A DNA stretch of 64,000 nucleotides from Octopus vulgaris. Its lineage: Eukaryota. The notes under the pieces are model-generated. The model saw only the letters and a program-made list of their open reading frames with translations. It ran no database searches and was not told where the DNA came from. Below are positions 25,690 through 40,049 of this stretch, piece after piece. Location of the stretch: contig OX597832.1 in NCBI GenBank assembly GCA_951406725.2, positions 9,920,001 through 9,984,000 of the forward strand, written 5' to 3'. The first letter of the stretch is position 1, and each line of letters begins with the position of its first letter. The position numbers and the translations under genes are program-made.

Positions 25690-25882
25690 AGGAATAGGAA
25701 GAAAGAGTGAGAGAAAGTTGTGGTGAAAGAATACAGCGGGGTTCCCACCGCACCCCGCCGGAGCCTCTAGGAGATTAGGTGTTTTTGCTCAATAAACACT
25801 CAAGATGCCCGGACCGGGAATTGAAACCGCGTTCTTACGGCCGCGTGTCCGCTGCCCTAATCACTGGGTCATTGCACTTCCA
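25690..25882 (-). mobile_element. tRNA-derived SINE head/body (third family)
   Basis: Minus strand TGGAAGTGCAATGACCCAGTGATTAGGGCAGCGGAC, B box GGTTTCAATTCC, body GTGTTTATTGAGCAAAAACACCTAA. Homologous to 34622-34911 and 43592-43902. Confidence 0.8.
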
Positions 25883-26231
25883 CTGCTGCTTTTGTTGCTC
25901 ATGATGATGATGAAGGTGATGCTTGTTGTTATGAAAGTGGTAATGATGATGCTGAGGAGGAAGTGAAGGATAAGGAGGTGGAGGAAGAAGGGGAGGAAGA
26001 GGCGGAGGGAGAGAAGGGCGACGACGCGAAAAGGATGAAGAAGAGATGACAAAGTTCATAGAAGCCATGAGAAACATTCCGATTATCAAAATTGAATTCA
26101 TTCTCCATTCTACCAATTTAGAAACATCTGTTGCATTGCAACCATTTTCATAATATATATATCAATTTTTCTCGTTAAAAATTTCTTTCATCACTATAAA
26201 TCTCTAACAACGAAATGACATCGCCAGCGAC

Positions 26232-26962
26232 CTAACCACCTCCGTCCACCACCACCTCCTCCTCAACCTCCTCCTCCTCCTCCTCCTCATCATCATCATC
26301 ATTATCATCAACATCATCATCACCACCACCACCATCTTCATCCTCCGCCACCTCCTCATCATCATTATCACACTCATCATCACCATCATCACCATCATCA
26401 TCATCATTATCCTCATCATCATCATCATTATCATCATCACCACCATCATCGTCATCATCATCATCATCATTATCATCATCATCATCGTCATCATCACCAC
26501 CATCTTCATCATCCGCCTCCTCATCAACATCATTATCACCATCATCATCACCATCACCATCCATCACCATCATCATTATCATCATCACCACCACCATCAT
26601 AATCATCACCATTATCGCCGTCGTCATCATCAACATCATCATCATCGACATCGTCATCATCTTTCCTTCAACATATTCCTCTGGATTACTACTAACTCTT
26701 CTAAAGCTGCTGTTATTGATGTTGCAACTGTTTCTACTGCTACAACTAATAATAGTACTATTAATACTTATAACTTCCATTAACAAAAACAACGTTGAAG
26801 ACATAAAACAATAACATCAGTAATAAAAAGAAAATATTTATGATAATAAAAATTATAGCGATCAGCATCGTCGACATTCGTAGCATCTTCATTTTTATTA
26901 CTATCTGCTGCACCATAGTAATAATAATGATGATAATGATGATGAGGAGGAGGAGGAGGGGG

Positions 26963-27043
<81 letters not shown>

Positions 27044-27209
27044 GTGAAAATAATAATGATAATGATGATGATAATAATAATAATAATAATCATAATAATA
27101 ATAATAATCATAATAATAATAATAGTGATAATAATAGTGATAATAATAATAAGAAGAAGAAAAAAGAAGAAGAAAAAGAAGAAGAACAAGAACAAGAAGA
27201 ATCATAATG

Positions 27210-27247
<38 letters not shown>

Positions 27248-27251
27248 AATA

Positions 27252-27332
<81 letters not shown>

Positions 27333-27365
27333 ATGAGAATAATAATATTAATAACAATAATAATA
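26232..27365. repeat. Triplet-repeat cluster: (CAT/CCT)n, then (GAT)n, (AAT)n, (GAA)n, (ATT)n
   Basis: Direct reading. Confidence 0.97.
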
Positions 27366-27942
27366 ATTTTGATCCTTGTTCTCATTAGTATTATTCACCT
27401 TAGAACACTATCATCATTATTATTTCATATATCCTTCTCCTGGAGATTATCATGATGAAGTTCGTATTAATCTTGATCACCACTTCCGCCGCAGCAGGAA
27501 TATTCGAGAAGAAATATAATTTTCTGCCATTAACATGTGTCGACAGCTGCATTTATGAGAGTAATTGGAAATTCTAATTCCTGTGTCATCACATTGTCTT
27601 TCGTGAAATAGTAATTTAAATCGCGACAACATTATTTAATAATAATTATTTCTTTGGACTATTGCAAAGGTCACAAGAAGGTAGTTGTGAGTATTAATTA
27701 ATTAAATTGCCTGTTCTATATTTCTGATAGTGTGATATCCGGAAAAGGGTCGTAATGATGATGGCCTGGTTCGTTGGACATTAGCATATATACACTCACA
27801 CTGACACACAAACACTCGAATACGTGTAGCAGCGCAGTTTATATTTGTACACATAAACATGCATAAGTACGTACATATATGTCTGTGTGTGCATGCATGC
27901 GTGTATGTATGTGTATATGTATGTGTGTATGCACAAACAGAT

Positions 27943-28014
<72 letters not shown>

Positions 28015-29032
28015 TTTTCTCTACACATACATACATGCATACATCATCCTTGCATATGTTAATGTTCACAGCTGTTCTGTCTGCATATGTTCACAATATG
28101 TTCTCCCCATCAACCACGGTTTGATGGTCACCTCATCAACATCTAGATGTCAAAGAATTTCAGAAATCTGTATTAAAAATTCTGAATGTTCTCCCACACT
28201 CCCACTTCATTATTCTGTCCCCGCTGTCCACTCTTAGAATGTATTATTCCACCTGTTAACATCTCTCTTAAACGCTTATCTCTGAAAAAAACAATTCAGG
28301 ATTTTTTTTTAAGACAATATCCCTAAAACCTAAAACCATATCCTATTCTTTCTCCGCTTATTCATTTTGTTAATCTCCTACATACTCCAGTACATGGCTC
28401 TTTCTGTTAATCATAATTTCCTTTCAATGGTGGTAGTCCATATTTCCGTTGCATAGAAACTGGAACGAAGTACACATTGGCTGCAGACCTTAAACTTTAG
28501 ACCTATGAAACAGTTACTACTCATGATGTGAATCTACTTACCAACATAACTTACCACCATGTTATCTGACTTAGAATTCTGTGGTCAGGTTTTCTTTTGA
28601 TCTTGTAAGCATGTTAGTAGTCCTCGATAGTAATTTATTTAACACGTTCAACTATTTCATCATCTATTAGTGCATTTCTAGTTCTGCTTAAATTGTTGGA
28701 GATTATCTTCGTTTTATTACTGTCAACTGTGAGTCCACATTTCTTGCTTTCTTCTAATAGTTCTCTGAGCAATTCTGTTGACATTTTAGAAATGATTGCA
28801 ATGTTGTTATCAGCTCATTTGCGATGATTTAGCAAGCATCCCTTTATATTCATTATTTTATAACAGAATATATGTATGTATGTATGTATGTATATATATA
28901 AATGTTTATGTGTGTATGCATGCATATGTGTATGTATGTGTATATGTTAATTGCTACAGCTGTGCAGTCTGCATATATTCACAATATGCTTTCCCCATCA
29001 ACCGTGGTTGATGGGGAGAACATTTTGGCGCT

Positions 29033-29063
<31 letters not shown>

Positions 29064-30001
29064 GCGTGCGTGCATTCGAAGGTGTGCTGAACTGTTCCTG
29101 TCTTTAGTAAAAAGAAAATATAAGAGGATTACTTAATTATGATTTTATTTAAGCTATTCCTCACTCAGATTCAACCACTTTTTGCAGCGATCCTTCGGTT
29201 TTTCCAAGCTCTGCGAACGAACTCATTCAGAAATTTGAACATCCAACCATTTTTTTTTCGCTACCTTGAAAGTCAGAAATTTTGCAGCAACACTGTGTGT
29301 TTGTGTGTGTGTGTGTGTGTGTATGAGTGTGTGAGTATGTGTGTGTGTGTGTGTGTGTGTGTGTATTAGTGTAGTTAAGCTTATATATATAGAAAAGTGC
29401 TCTATAATTTAAACAACGTGTAAGAAAATTAGCATCTAATGTGTTGGATTCTTGCTCTAGGTGCTTCGTTCGATATATATATAACAGTGACATTCACATA
29501 GCTTATATCTAAAAGAGAAATAAAGTAGGTGTTAATACATTAGCTGAATTGTGCAATAAACATAATAGGTAGTGTTAAAACTCAATGTATATCAACATTG
29601 ATTAAAAGTCTTCCTCATATTGCTGACAGAGTTCTTCACATTCATGATGTCTCCTAACCGTTTTGTAAAATTATAATATCGTTCAATGGGCATACATGTT
29701 AATATCACCTTCGTTGAAATAAATGCTTTTGGGCTTTTAAAACACATTTTCCTTGAGTGCAGAGGTTATAAATTCAGATAATTTGTTTGTATTTCAAAAT
29801 TGAACCATAACTGATAGGCCATTGTCTGTATGAGTGACACAGTGTGAATAATGCGCGGTATTAGTTTTCTCTTCTGACCAGGTCAAATGATGTCATAGCG
29901 ACACCTGCGTTACAATGAATTCCTTAGAAAACTGATGTCATCCATACATACGCATATATAAGTATATGTACATGTATACACACACAGAAGCACACACACA
30001 C

Positions 30002-30220
<219 letters not shown>

Positions 30221-30603
30221 GGAGCAGGTGTGGTTCTTTGGTAAGAAGCTACCTTCCAAACACATTGTTCTAGGTTCAGTCCCATTGTATGACATCTTGG
30301 GCAAATCTCTTTTTACTACAACCGCAGGCCGGCCAAAGGCTTCTGAGTAAGATTCATATATATGTATGTATATATCTATATGTGTGTCTTTGCATCCGTG
30401 CATGTCGCCCACCCCCGCTTGGCAACCACAGTTGAAGTGTTTATACAATAAGTATTAGGCATTAGAAAATAGGTCCTGAATTGATTTATTCGATTATAAC
30501 CCTTTCAGGTGTTTTAGGCATCAGATATTAGTCCCTAGTGATGTTTATAGGTCATTATATATATTGCCCCTACATCAAAAACTATTGCCTGCTGTAAGAT
30601 ACA

Positions 30604-30889
30604 TTTTCCTGTTGAGTATTAATTTTGTGTTCTTCATAGACGTCATATCGATATTAGAGGAAATCATTATGTAATTGACAGAAAATACTATATTTCTTTA
30701 TTTTACTTATACTTTCACCAAACGTAACGTTGCAAACAAAATAGATTTTCCTGTTGAGTATTAACTTTGTGTTCTTCATAGACGTCATATCGATATTAGA
30801 GGACATCATTATGTAATTGACACAAAATACTATGATATTTCTTTATTTTTACTTATACTTTCACCAAACGTAACGTTGCAAACAAAATA
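30604..30889. repeat. ~142-bp tandem duplication
   Basis: 30604-30742 and 30746-30889 both run TTTTCCTGTTGAGTATTAA...CGTTGCAAACAAAATA. Confidence 0.95.
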
Positions 30890-31385
30890 TTTATTAGTAT
30901 GGAGGTGTAAACGTGAAGCATTGAAAACAGTAGAATATATGAGACATCGAAAAGAGCAGAATGTGATGATATGAATGAGAAGGGATGGAAGGGATGTATT
31001 TTAAGATACATTCCCTTCTCAGTTATTTGAAGGGTTATATCGACACAATGAGAATCTAACATTTGGTTTGTTAAGTATTCACTTTACATCTGTTATATTG
31101 ATCCTGTACGAAATATGAGCTTCAAATGTGGCCTGGGAGACATCTAAAACCAGAAGATTGTCCAAGAACGATATTCGATTACATATTTAATCTGGCATCA
31201 TTCCACGTTGTTGATACCTGAATGCAATAAAGTCACATTGCCTTCCCGTGAATTCCTAGCGCAAAACACTGATAATTAGGGACAATAATATTCTTATCAT
31301 TTCAATCTTGATATACATACATACATACGTGCGTACATACAGGCACGCACACACAACCATCTACACACATATATCGATATGCATG

Positions 31386-31444
<59 letters not shown>

Positions 31445-31465
31445 ATCATCGCCATCACCATCATC

Positions 31466-31702
31466 TATTTCTTTACTACCCACAAGGGGCTAAACACAGA
31501 GAGGACAAACAAGGACAGACAAACGGATTAAGTCGATTATATCGACCCAAGTGCGTAACTGGTACTTATGTAATCGACCCCGGAAAGATGAAAGGCAAAG
31601 TCGACCTCGGCGGAATTTGAACTCAGAACGTAACGGCAGACCAAATACGGCTACGCATTTCGCATTTCGCCTGTCGTGCTAACGTTTCTGGCAGCTCGCC
31701 GT
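31466..31702 (-). mobile_element. Nin-domain SINE with TSD, inserted into the (GAT)n tail of an older SINE
   Basis: Full head, core and tail. TSD CATCACCATCATC at 31453-31465 and 31703-31715. Confidence 0.92.
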
Positions 31703-31965
31703 CATCACCATCATCAGTTAGCTTTCCACGCTGGTATGGGTTGGAAAGTTGAACTGCGTACTGGCAAGACAGGAGTCTGTATCAGACTCCAATTTTATCT
31801 GGCAAGTTTTCTTCATCTGGATACCCTTCTTAACGCCAACCGCTCCCAGAGTGAATGGGGGCCGGTAGGGCAGGCGGTACTGCCATCGACCACACTCAAA
31901 TGGTACCATTTACATGCCGCCAGCACGGAAGACAATCCGGCGGCTCTGGCATCGACCATACTCCA
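31703..31965 (-). mobile_element. Older SINE 3-prime part with a Meta-domain-like core
   Basis: Minus strand GGTTGGCGTTAAGAAGGGTATCCAG...CCAACCCATACCAGCGTGGAAAGC followed by (GAT)n. Confidence 0.65.
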
Positions 31966-32416
31966 ATAGAGCTTTTTATGTGCTATATACAAACATATAA
32001 ATACACACATACACATAATGAAAGGTTAACATCATTGAAAATTTATGCATTTTATCAGTGTCCATCGTATACAAAAATTTTAGGTAAAATTCATATATAC
32101 TCAGCTCAGTGTTATACAAATTATTTTATGACTTTTGGGTTTATTCACTTTTCCTGCTTTCAACCTGTGCCTGTGTATATTGAAGTGATTCTTGCAGCTG
32201 TTGGCCGCATTTGGCGTTTTTTTCCTAATATGTAGGCATAGTCACTTTTGTGCCCTTAATTATATTAATGTTCTATATAATTATATATATCTTCATCTAT
32301 TCACACACACAAGTAGGCGCGCACACACACATGTATATATATATATATATTTATGTATGTATGTATGTATGTATGTACACGCCTTATATATATATATGTA
32401 TGTATGTATGTACACG

Positions 32417-32459
<43 letters not shown>

Positions 32460-34621
32460 TATCCTATACGTAATTGGCAATTTTTGTCTTTCTGCTTTAT
32501 TGTTATCATCTTCATATCTGCAGCAATGAACAAATCTTCACGAAACTTTGCATAAACGTTAAACTAAAATCTAGTTCAATTATGGGCTAATTGGTTTTCA
32601 ATAACAATACATAAAGGGACACCTAGTGTGGTTGGACTACTATATCATTTAATGGGAAGGTTGCAAAGAGTGTTAGTTTGAGGGAAATGCAGAGGCACAG
32701 TGAGTGTAGCTAATATCGTTGCATTAGCGAGAGAAATGGAGTGGCAGTGGGATGAAAACTTTAATTCAGCAGATATGTATACTTTTATAAATACATATAT
32801 ACATGCATACACACACATACACGCATACATAGATATATAAACTTAGGTAATACATATGTACATAAATCCATACATATGTCTACTATACATTATTTTAAAT
32901 GCGTGATTACCTATGAGTATGTTTGTAAATGTATATATGTGTGTTTCAGCGTGTATGCCTGTGTGTGTATGTTTCCTTGTGTGCGTTGAACATCCAACGG
33001 AGAGGAAATATAAATATATATATATAGGGGGCATCGATATAATCTGCTGTTCTATCTTCCACACACTTGACCTTGATTAGTGCGAATATTACAAAGAAAA
33101 TTTGCAAGGCACTGTTTGGCACACATTATAATGTTATTAGCTGAATCTATTGATTAGTCGTGTTCTATGTAAATATTATTGATGCTTTCAATGTATAGTA
33201 GTAATCAGACAATTTATTTTCTCTTCTTTGAAATCATTAATATCGGTCAACGACTGATCCGCAAATTTAATTTCATCGAATGAGAAATGCGATGTTTGAT
33301 GTTCATAGTTTTCCTCAAGGTATTTGCGCACTTAATATTCGGTGAAGTTTATCCGAGTATGAAGTGATTGTTTGAAACGTTTGACATGACACATTGTCAA
33401 TAAGCCTTTAACACAACGGCATGAAACAAACTCCCCATCAGTATTTCATCAATAAATCGTAAAGCTAACATTGACGCCGTTCGGAAATTAAACGTCGAAA
33501 TTATCAATCAGTTTTAAAACAATCGAATCTTAATAACATTCCTTAATAACCTGGCAGAACCTATAATAGATTAATACCTTCACAGCAAAAACTGAACTTA
33601 ATCAACCCGCTCCTTTACTACAAGTCACACGAAGTAAGGGGTGAGCGTATACATGTTCACTCATATGTTAAAATAGCAGCTAAGTCCTTATGATATATTT
33701 ACGACTACATGTGTTCCGTGATTCCATCGTTATCGAAGTTAAATTTGTATTTCAAGCGTCAAGTGCCGTTAAGAAAACGTACGAGTCCATCCTTTGGGAT
33801 TTACTACTGTGTTAGATGTTCTGACGATATTTCATAACGCTTTTGACATTCTGAGTAGCTAGGAATGCATAGTTACCCATTATTCTATCTTGAATATAGG
33901 ATGTTAGGTACCGATCGTTAAGATGACGATGCCAGAACAAACTTCGTGAAATAAACGTATTTACTTCGATTTAAATTATATAATGGCTGCTATAAATAAT
34001 AACATAGTTGTTCTTGTAACGAGGAAATAAGCATCCAAACTTATGGGGAACATGGACTGAATAAAATGTGATTTTAAAGAGAATTTAGTTGTATTATCTA
34101 TGTCATTCCTTAAAGGAATATCATCATAGGATTCTGGATTTACATTAGAAATGATTTAAGTAAAATGCAGCATTTCAAGAATCCAGTTGAAAGATGTCCT
34201 CTTCAACACAATGTATTGACCGGTTCAGCTAAATAAGCTAGTATATTCAACAAGTGATAAATAGTAAAATCTCGCTTTACAGAATATATTGTAAAGAGAA
34301 TTTAAGCTAATAGTGAAATACGAGAGTCTAAATAACCATGCAAAAGAAACAGGCGATAGAATCAGCTCTGTAAATATGATTATATGACATGTCCGCCTAG
34401 TCGACAGTGGAACCATCATTGGGAAGCTAAAATCAATGCGAAGCTCATTGTCAAAATCGGTGTGAAGCAAAATCTAATAGTCAGATAAATTATGTAATGC
34501 TTCGATATATATGTACATACATATATTTGTGTGTGTTACTAAATGTGACTAGGGTAATAGAACACCTATATTTCTTGTAATAGGAGTTAAAATGTTCTAA
34601 TGCTGTATATATATATATATA

Positions 34622-34908
34622 TCACGAGACACGTGACCGACCAGACCATCAGATGTTGTTACATATCGCTGGTCACGATGCGTTCGCATTGTTTTAGCCT
34701 TCGAATGACGCCACCCCACTGGCTAAGCCAACAGATGAGTGGGAGAAATAGTGATGAAATAGTACAGCAGGGATCCTCCCCTGGTGGAGCGTCGTGGAGC
34801 TTTTAGGTGTTTTCGCTCAATAAACACTCAAAACGGCCGGTCTGGGTATCGAAACCGCGAACCCGCGACCGCAAGTCCGCTGCCCTAACCACTGGGCCAT
34901 TGCGCCTC

Positions 34909-34911
<3 letters not shown>
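34622..34911 (-). mobile_element. tRNA-derived SINE (third family) in (TA)n
   Basis: Head AGTGGAGGCGCAATGGCCCAGTGGTTAGGGCAGCGGAC with A box, B box GGTTTCGATACC, TA tracts on both sides. Confidence 0.88.
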
Positions 34912-34953
<42 letters not shown>

Positions 34954-35117
34954 CATATATATGTGTATATATGTATATATATATATATACACATATATAT
35001 ATACATATATACATATATATACACATATATGTGTGCGTATATATACATATATACACATATATACATATATACACATATATATGTGTGCGTATATATGTAT
35101 GTATATATATATGTATA

Positions 35118-35200
<83 letters not shown>

Positions 35201-35215
35201 TATATAGGCAAGGAA

Positions 35216-35802
35216 AAATTGTAAATAGGCAGAATGCTAAATTGAAAGAAAATTTTAATGGGTGTATGGATAAAGTTTTTGAAAAATTGATAAAATATAT
35301 ATATATTAATTGAAGCCGGTTTTCGTCATAATGTGACTTTTCAAGAATTGTAAAGAAAAAAATGTTTTAATGTGAGGAGGGGGAAAAAGAAAATTACATT
35401 GTTTTTTGCAAAAAAATAATAATATATACAAAAATCAAAAAATAGGTACTCCGATACATTGTAAAGTCTTTTTGTATCTTGATTTTGATGATAGTTCACG
35501 AAAAAATTACCTTGAAGTATTGAGATCCAATTGGATTAAATCCATGTGCTGTTTAATATAATTAAAGGTGTCTCTTGAGTGAATGGCAAAACAGAAGGTA
35601 GTGGTAGTCCAGTTCCTGTGTTGTGAATAAGGGGAGACAACTCTATGGGTTTTAAGCTCTTATAAAATTATCATTTTAATTTTATTTGCATTAAGTTGTT
35701 TTTAATCATTGCTTGCTAACTTAATTTATATTGTTTTATAATTATGGAAATTTGCATAAACCAATTTATAATTACAATTCAGATTATGTCATATATAATA
35801 AA

Positions 35803-35870
<68 letters not shown>

Positions 35871-36727
35871 CAGTAATAATAATGATATTTAGAGAATATA
35901 AGTTTTAGTTTGAAGTGATGACTGCATGGTATCCTTATATATTTGTGTTACTCCATCCATGAAGAATCAGGTAGGAAAAAGAAGTATGATCAACGAGGAG
36001 ATTGCATATTGAGATGCGTTCTGCATTTTTCAATAAAGAGATTCTCCTTGTTAATTTTCTCCTGTGTGGTGATTCCGTCTTTACATTGGTAGAAGGGGAA
36101 TATGTAGAATTTGGGATTTTTGTCTTTAGCGCATGAATCTATGTGGTCACTCAGTGGGATTTGCCGGTAATCCGGGAGATTTATTTGTTCTTTATGCACC
36201 ACTACTCTTTTACGGAACGGGAGGCTCGTTTGTCCAACATAATTATGTTGGCAAGCGGCGCATGTGAGAACGTAAATAGGGTTTTCGGAGGAACAGGAGA
36301 AGTTGGTCTTGATTTTAAACTTCGTTCCTTGTTTGAAGATAAATTCAGAGCCTTCAAGTAGGAAGGGGCAGGTTCCACAGTTTGGGCGTGCACATTTATT
36401 AACTGTTGTGGGTGGATGTGGTGTGTGAAGTTTGTCATTTGTCAAGAGTTTTTTTTTAAGATTTGTGTTGTCTTTTACATTTGAGGATTTTGTGTGTATT
36501 TATAATGTTTTTCATATTTGGGTCTGTTGACAGTAGACTGAGGTTTTTTGTGATTGTGGTGTATGCTTCGATATTTTTGGGGTTGTGGGTGGAAATGTAT
36601 AAGGGTGGAGGTATATTGGCGTTGTAATAGTGTTTGTATAGAATTTGGAATAAAACGCGCCAAAGAACTAGACAACACTACACTGAAAACCACCCAACCC
36701 AACACCACACACGACCCCAAAATACTT
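35216..36727 (-). mobile_element. 5-prime-truncated PLE: linker, GIY-YIG endonuclease and 3-prime UTR
   Basis: ORF 35990-36445 contains KCARPNCGTC, FSCSSENPIYVLTCAACQHNYVGQT and RVVVHKEQI. Upstream YISTHNP motif. The 3-prime end abuts (TA)n. Confidence 0.9.
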
Positions 36728-38067
36728 AATTTTTGCATATTTTATACAACACGTGAAGCAATAATTGAACTAGTATTATACTAATTTATGTATTATACTA
36801 ATTTATGTACCCCTTTTCTTAAGTTGTATTGCCCGTGCTGTAACCTAGTGAAGAAACGAATACTGAACTAGGTATCATGTCGCTTCATCATAGGAGAATC
36901 TCATCAAAATGAATGAAATGTTCTATGTACTTAGGTAAACCTGTTACAAATGGTTAACAACTGAGCGATTACCACATTCTATATTATAAGAGTTTTCTAA
37001 AAGAATTTCTGAAAATAGATTTGTTAAAGAGAAAAAAGTCGCCGTTGATATCAGAAACATGTGACTCACCAAAATATATTTTACTTCATTATCTATGACA
37101 AAATTCTACTGAAGATCGTTTGTGTCGCTGGTGTATAGATTTATTCTCGTATATGTTTTTTTTACATATGTATGTGTTAGAGAGATTCTTGTTAGTTACA
37201 GTGTACCGTGTTAATATATATTTATTGAGATTTATGTAGTAGCGACTTTATTGAATAAAAATGATATTAATCGTATTTGGAGTTATTCATGGTATACCAA
37301 ATATCGAATATATTTTCATCATATGTAAAGAATATTTTTAACTCGAATATTATACAAAGGAATATATACAATTTGAAAGTTACTGCGTTTATATATAACT
37401 ATTCAAGTCATATAAAATATTAAGTAATCCAATACAAATATATCATGTTTTTAATGTCTATGGATATTTCAAAGGAACTAACAGATACTGCTTATACATT
37501 GCTTTGTGTAAATATAAACTGCATATACGCCTTTACATCAATCTGAGGTGAATTAATATTGTAATTCAATAATATATTGCACACATGAATCATAAATAAT
37601 ATTTATAGAGTTACAGGTTCAATATCTAGAAGTCAAATTTCTAGAATTATTTTGCACATATTCGCTCTGTTTTGTATTGCAAAATGTGCCACTAGGTTGT
37701 GTTTTTTCATCCTAGAAAAACAGCTATCGTTTAAACGACCCTGTGTCTCAGAGATACTTTAGAAGCGATTTATCTATATAAAAAGAAAAAAGATTCGAAA
37801 GAGATTTGTTATACTTCAAATACACTAATTTACTGTTGTTGAAGCTTAACTGCAGCGCGTTCGAGTTTTTCCAGTTCATTGAGTTTCATCCTCGAAATGA
37901 AATAGAGATAAGATTATTGACTAACCATTCGTATTGCTCTTAAATAGTGGAAATTTATCTAAATTGTATAAAATCTCAATGTATAAAACACGCCTCTCTG
38001 AAGTCCTATGAGAAACTCACACAGAGAAATTAACCACATACAAGCTAAGGGTGATAAAAGAAATATT

Positions 38068-38463
38068 TTTTTCTAATCTAGGCACAAGATCCGAAATTTT
38101 GGACGAGGGTGCAGTCGATGATATCGACCCCAGAACTCAACTTGTACTTAATTCATCTACCCAGAAAGGATGAAAGGCAAAGTCGACCTAGGCGGAATTT
38201 GAACTCAGAACATAAAGACAGACGAAATACATATTTCTTTACTACCCACAAGGGGCTAAATACAGGGGGGACAAACAAGGACAGACAAACGGATTAAGTC
38301 GATCATATCGACCCCAGTGCGTAACCGGTACTTAATTTATCGACCCCGAAAGGATGAAAGGCAAAGTCGACCTCGGCGGAATTTGAACCCAGAACGTAAA
38401 GACGAACGGAATACTGTTAAGCATTTCGCCCGGCGTCCTAACGATTCTGCCAGTTTGTCGCCT
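38068..38463 (-). mobile_element. Nin-domain SINE dimer
   Basis: Young copy 38232-38463 is joined through its tail to a headless older monomer 38068-38230. Confidence 0.9.
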
Positions 38464-38611
38464 TGCAGCGGCAAAAACAAGTACAGTTGAACTGAATCCA
38501 TAAAACATAATCTAGAAAGAATATTTGTCGCGAAAACGAAGCAAAGATAATTTCCGAAAATATCAAATCTCTCTGTCAAAACCAAGTGGTGGAGATGGAA
38601 ATAAATATACG

Positions 38612-39310
38612 TATCGATATAATCGACTTAATCCGTTTATCTGTGCTGGTTTGTCCTCTCCGTGTTTAGCCCCTTGTAGGTTGTAAATAAATAGAAATAG
38701 GTATTTCGTCTGCCGCTACGTTCTGGGTTTAAATTCTGCTGTGGTTGACTTAGCCTTTCATCCTTTCGGGGTCGATAAATTAAGTACCAGTTACGCACTG
38801 GATTCGATATAATCGACTCAATCCGTTTGTCTGCCCTCTGTGTGTTTAGCCCCTTGTCGGTAGTAAAGAAATAGGTATTTCATCTGTCGTTACGTTCTGA
38901 GCTCAAATTCCGCCGAGTTCGACTTTGCATTTCATCCTCTCGGAGTCGATAAATTAAGTACCAGTTGCGTACTGGGGTCAATCCAATCTACTGGACCCCC
39001 GTCCCCAAAATTCCGGGCCTTGTGCCTAGAGTAGAAAGGATGATTATTATACTGTCTGGCCTTGTGCCGAAATGTGAAACCAATTTTAGTATATTCTGAT
39101 TGAGCACAGAAAACAGAACGGTTAGAACGCCGGCCAAAATATTTAGCAGCATTTCATCAGTTTTATGTTCTGAGTTCATATTTCGATGAGATCGAAGATG
39201 CCTTTCATACTTTCGCGATCATTAAGTACCAGCTGTGCGTTAAGTTCTATGTAATTGTCTTAAGCCGCTGCTCGAAAATTGCAGTCCTTACGCCAAAATT
39301 TCACACCAAT
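38612..39310 (+). mobile_element. Nin-domain SINE tandem array
   Basis: Monomers at 38612-38699, 38700-38873, 38874-39040 and a decayed one at 39110-39310. Confidence 0.9.
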
Positions 39311-39873
39311 ATTAAAATATTATAACGCATATAACGCAGTGAGAAATCGAGGACATTTTCTGATATCATATGTTTTGTTTTCTTGTTTCCTTTCAATCAA
39401 GTATATTAATATATGATTTCGATTTTTTTCAAATCTTTTCTTTCGTCTGCTATTTTAAAATTTTTATGGATTTATGTTAATAACTAGCATCTCCATTTTT
39501 CAAAACTTTTCTCATTGAAATAATATATTTCATATATACGAATAATGGTGCCACCTTACTGTGTTCATATCCCTGTATGTAATCAATATTGTATATTTTA
39601 AATGTTTCCGGAACTATATTTGATTAAATAATTCAGTAACTAAACAGATAAATACATGTATATTCACGTATAATTTGCTTAAAGTTCCTAATTGCAAAAA
39701 CATTAGAATCTTAACAAGGAAAGAGGATGCGAGGTGTGATTTCTTTCATGGATAAAATGATAATCATTTGCGTGTATCGAATCCTTGCCCTGGAAGCACA
39801 CTTTCTATGTATTCACTGAGAGACAGTCACACGAAACACAGACACATACATGCATATTTATATAGTATATGTG

Positions 39874-39952
<79 letters not shown>

Positions 39953-40049
39953 CGGGAAGCTTTATGAAAATAGACAAAAGACGAAGGCAGGTGGAAAACA
40001 AACAAACAATTGTATTAGTATGGCGCTCAGGAAATATAAATAAAACAAG

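Noticed and set aside
26232-26804. 190-aa acidic poly-D/E ORF
   Set aside because: Produced by the (CAT)n tract; overlapping frames are equally open and there is no unique coding context.
34830-34911. tRNA-like sequences here and at 7940, 44410, 49194 and 56287
   Set aside because: They have A/B boxes but no complete cloverleaf, and each continues into a SINE body, so they are not called as tRNA genes.
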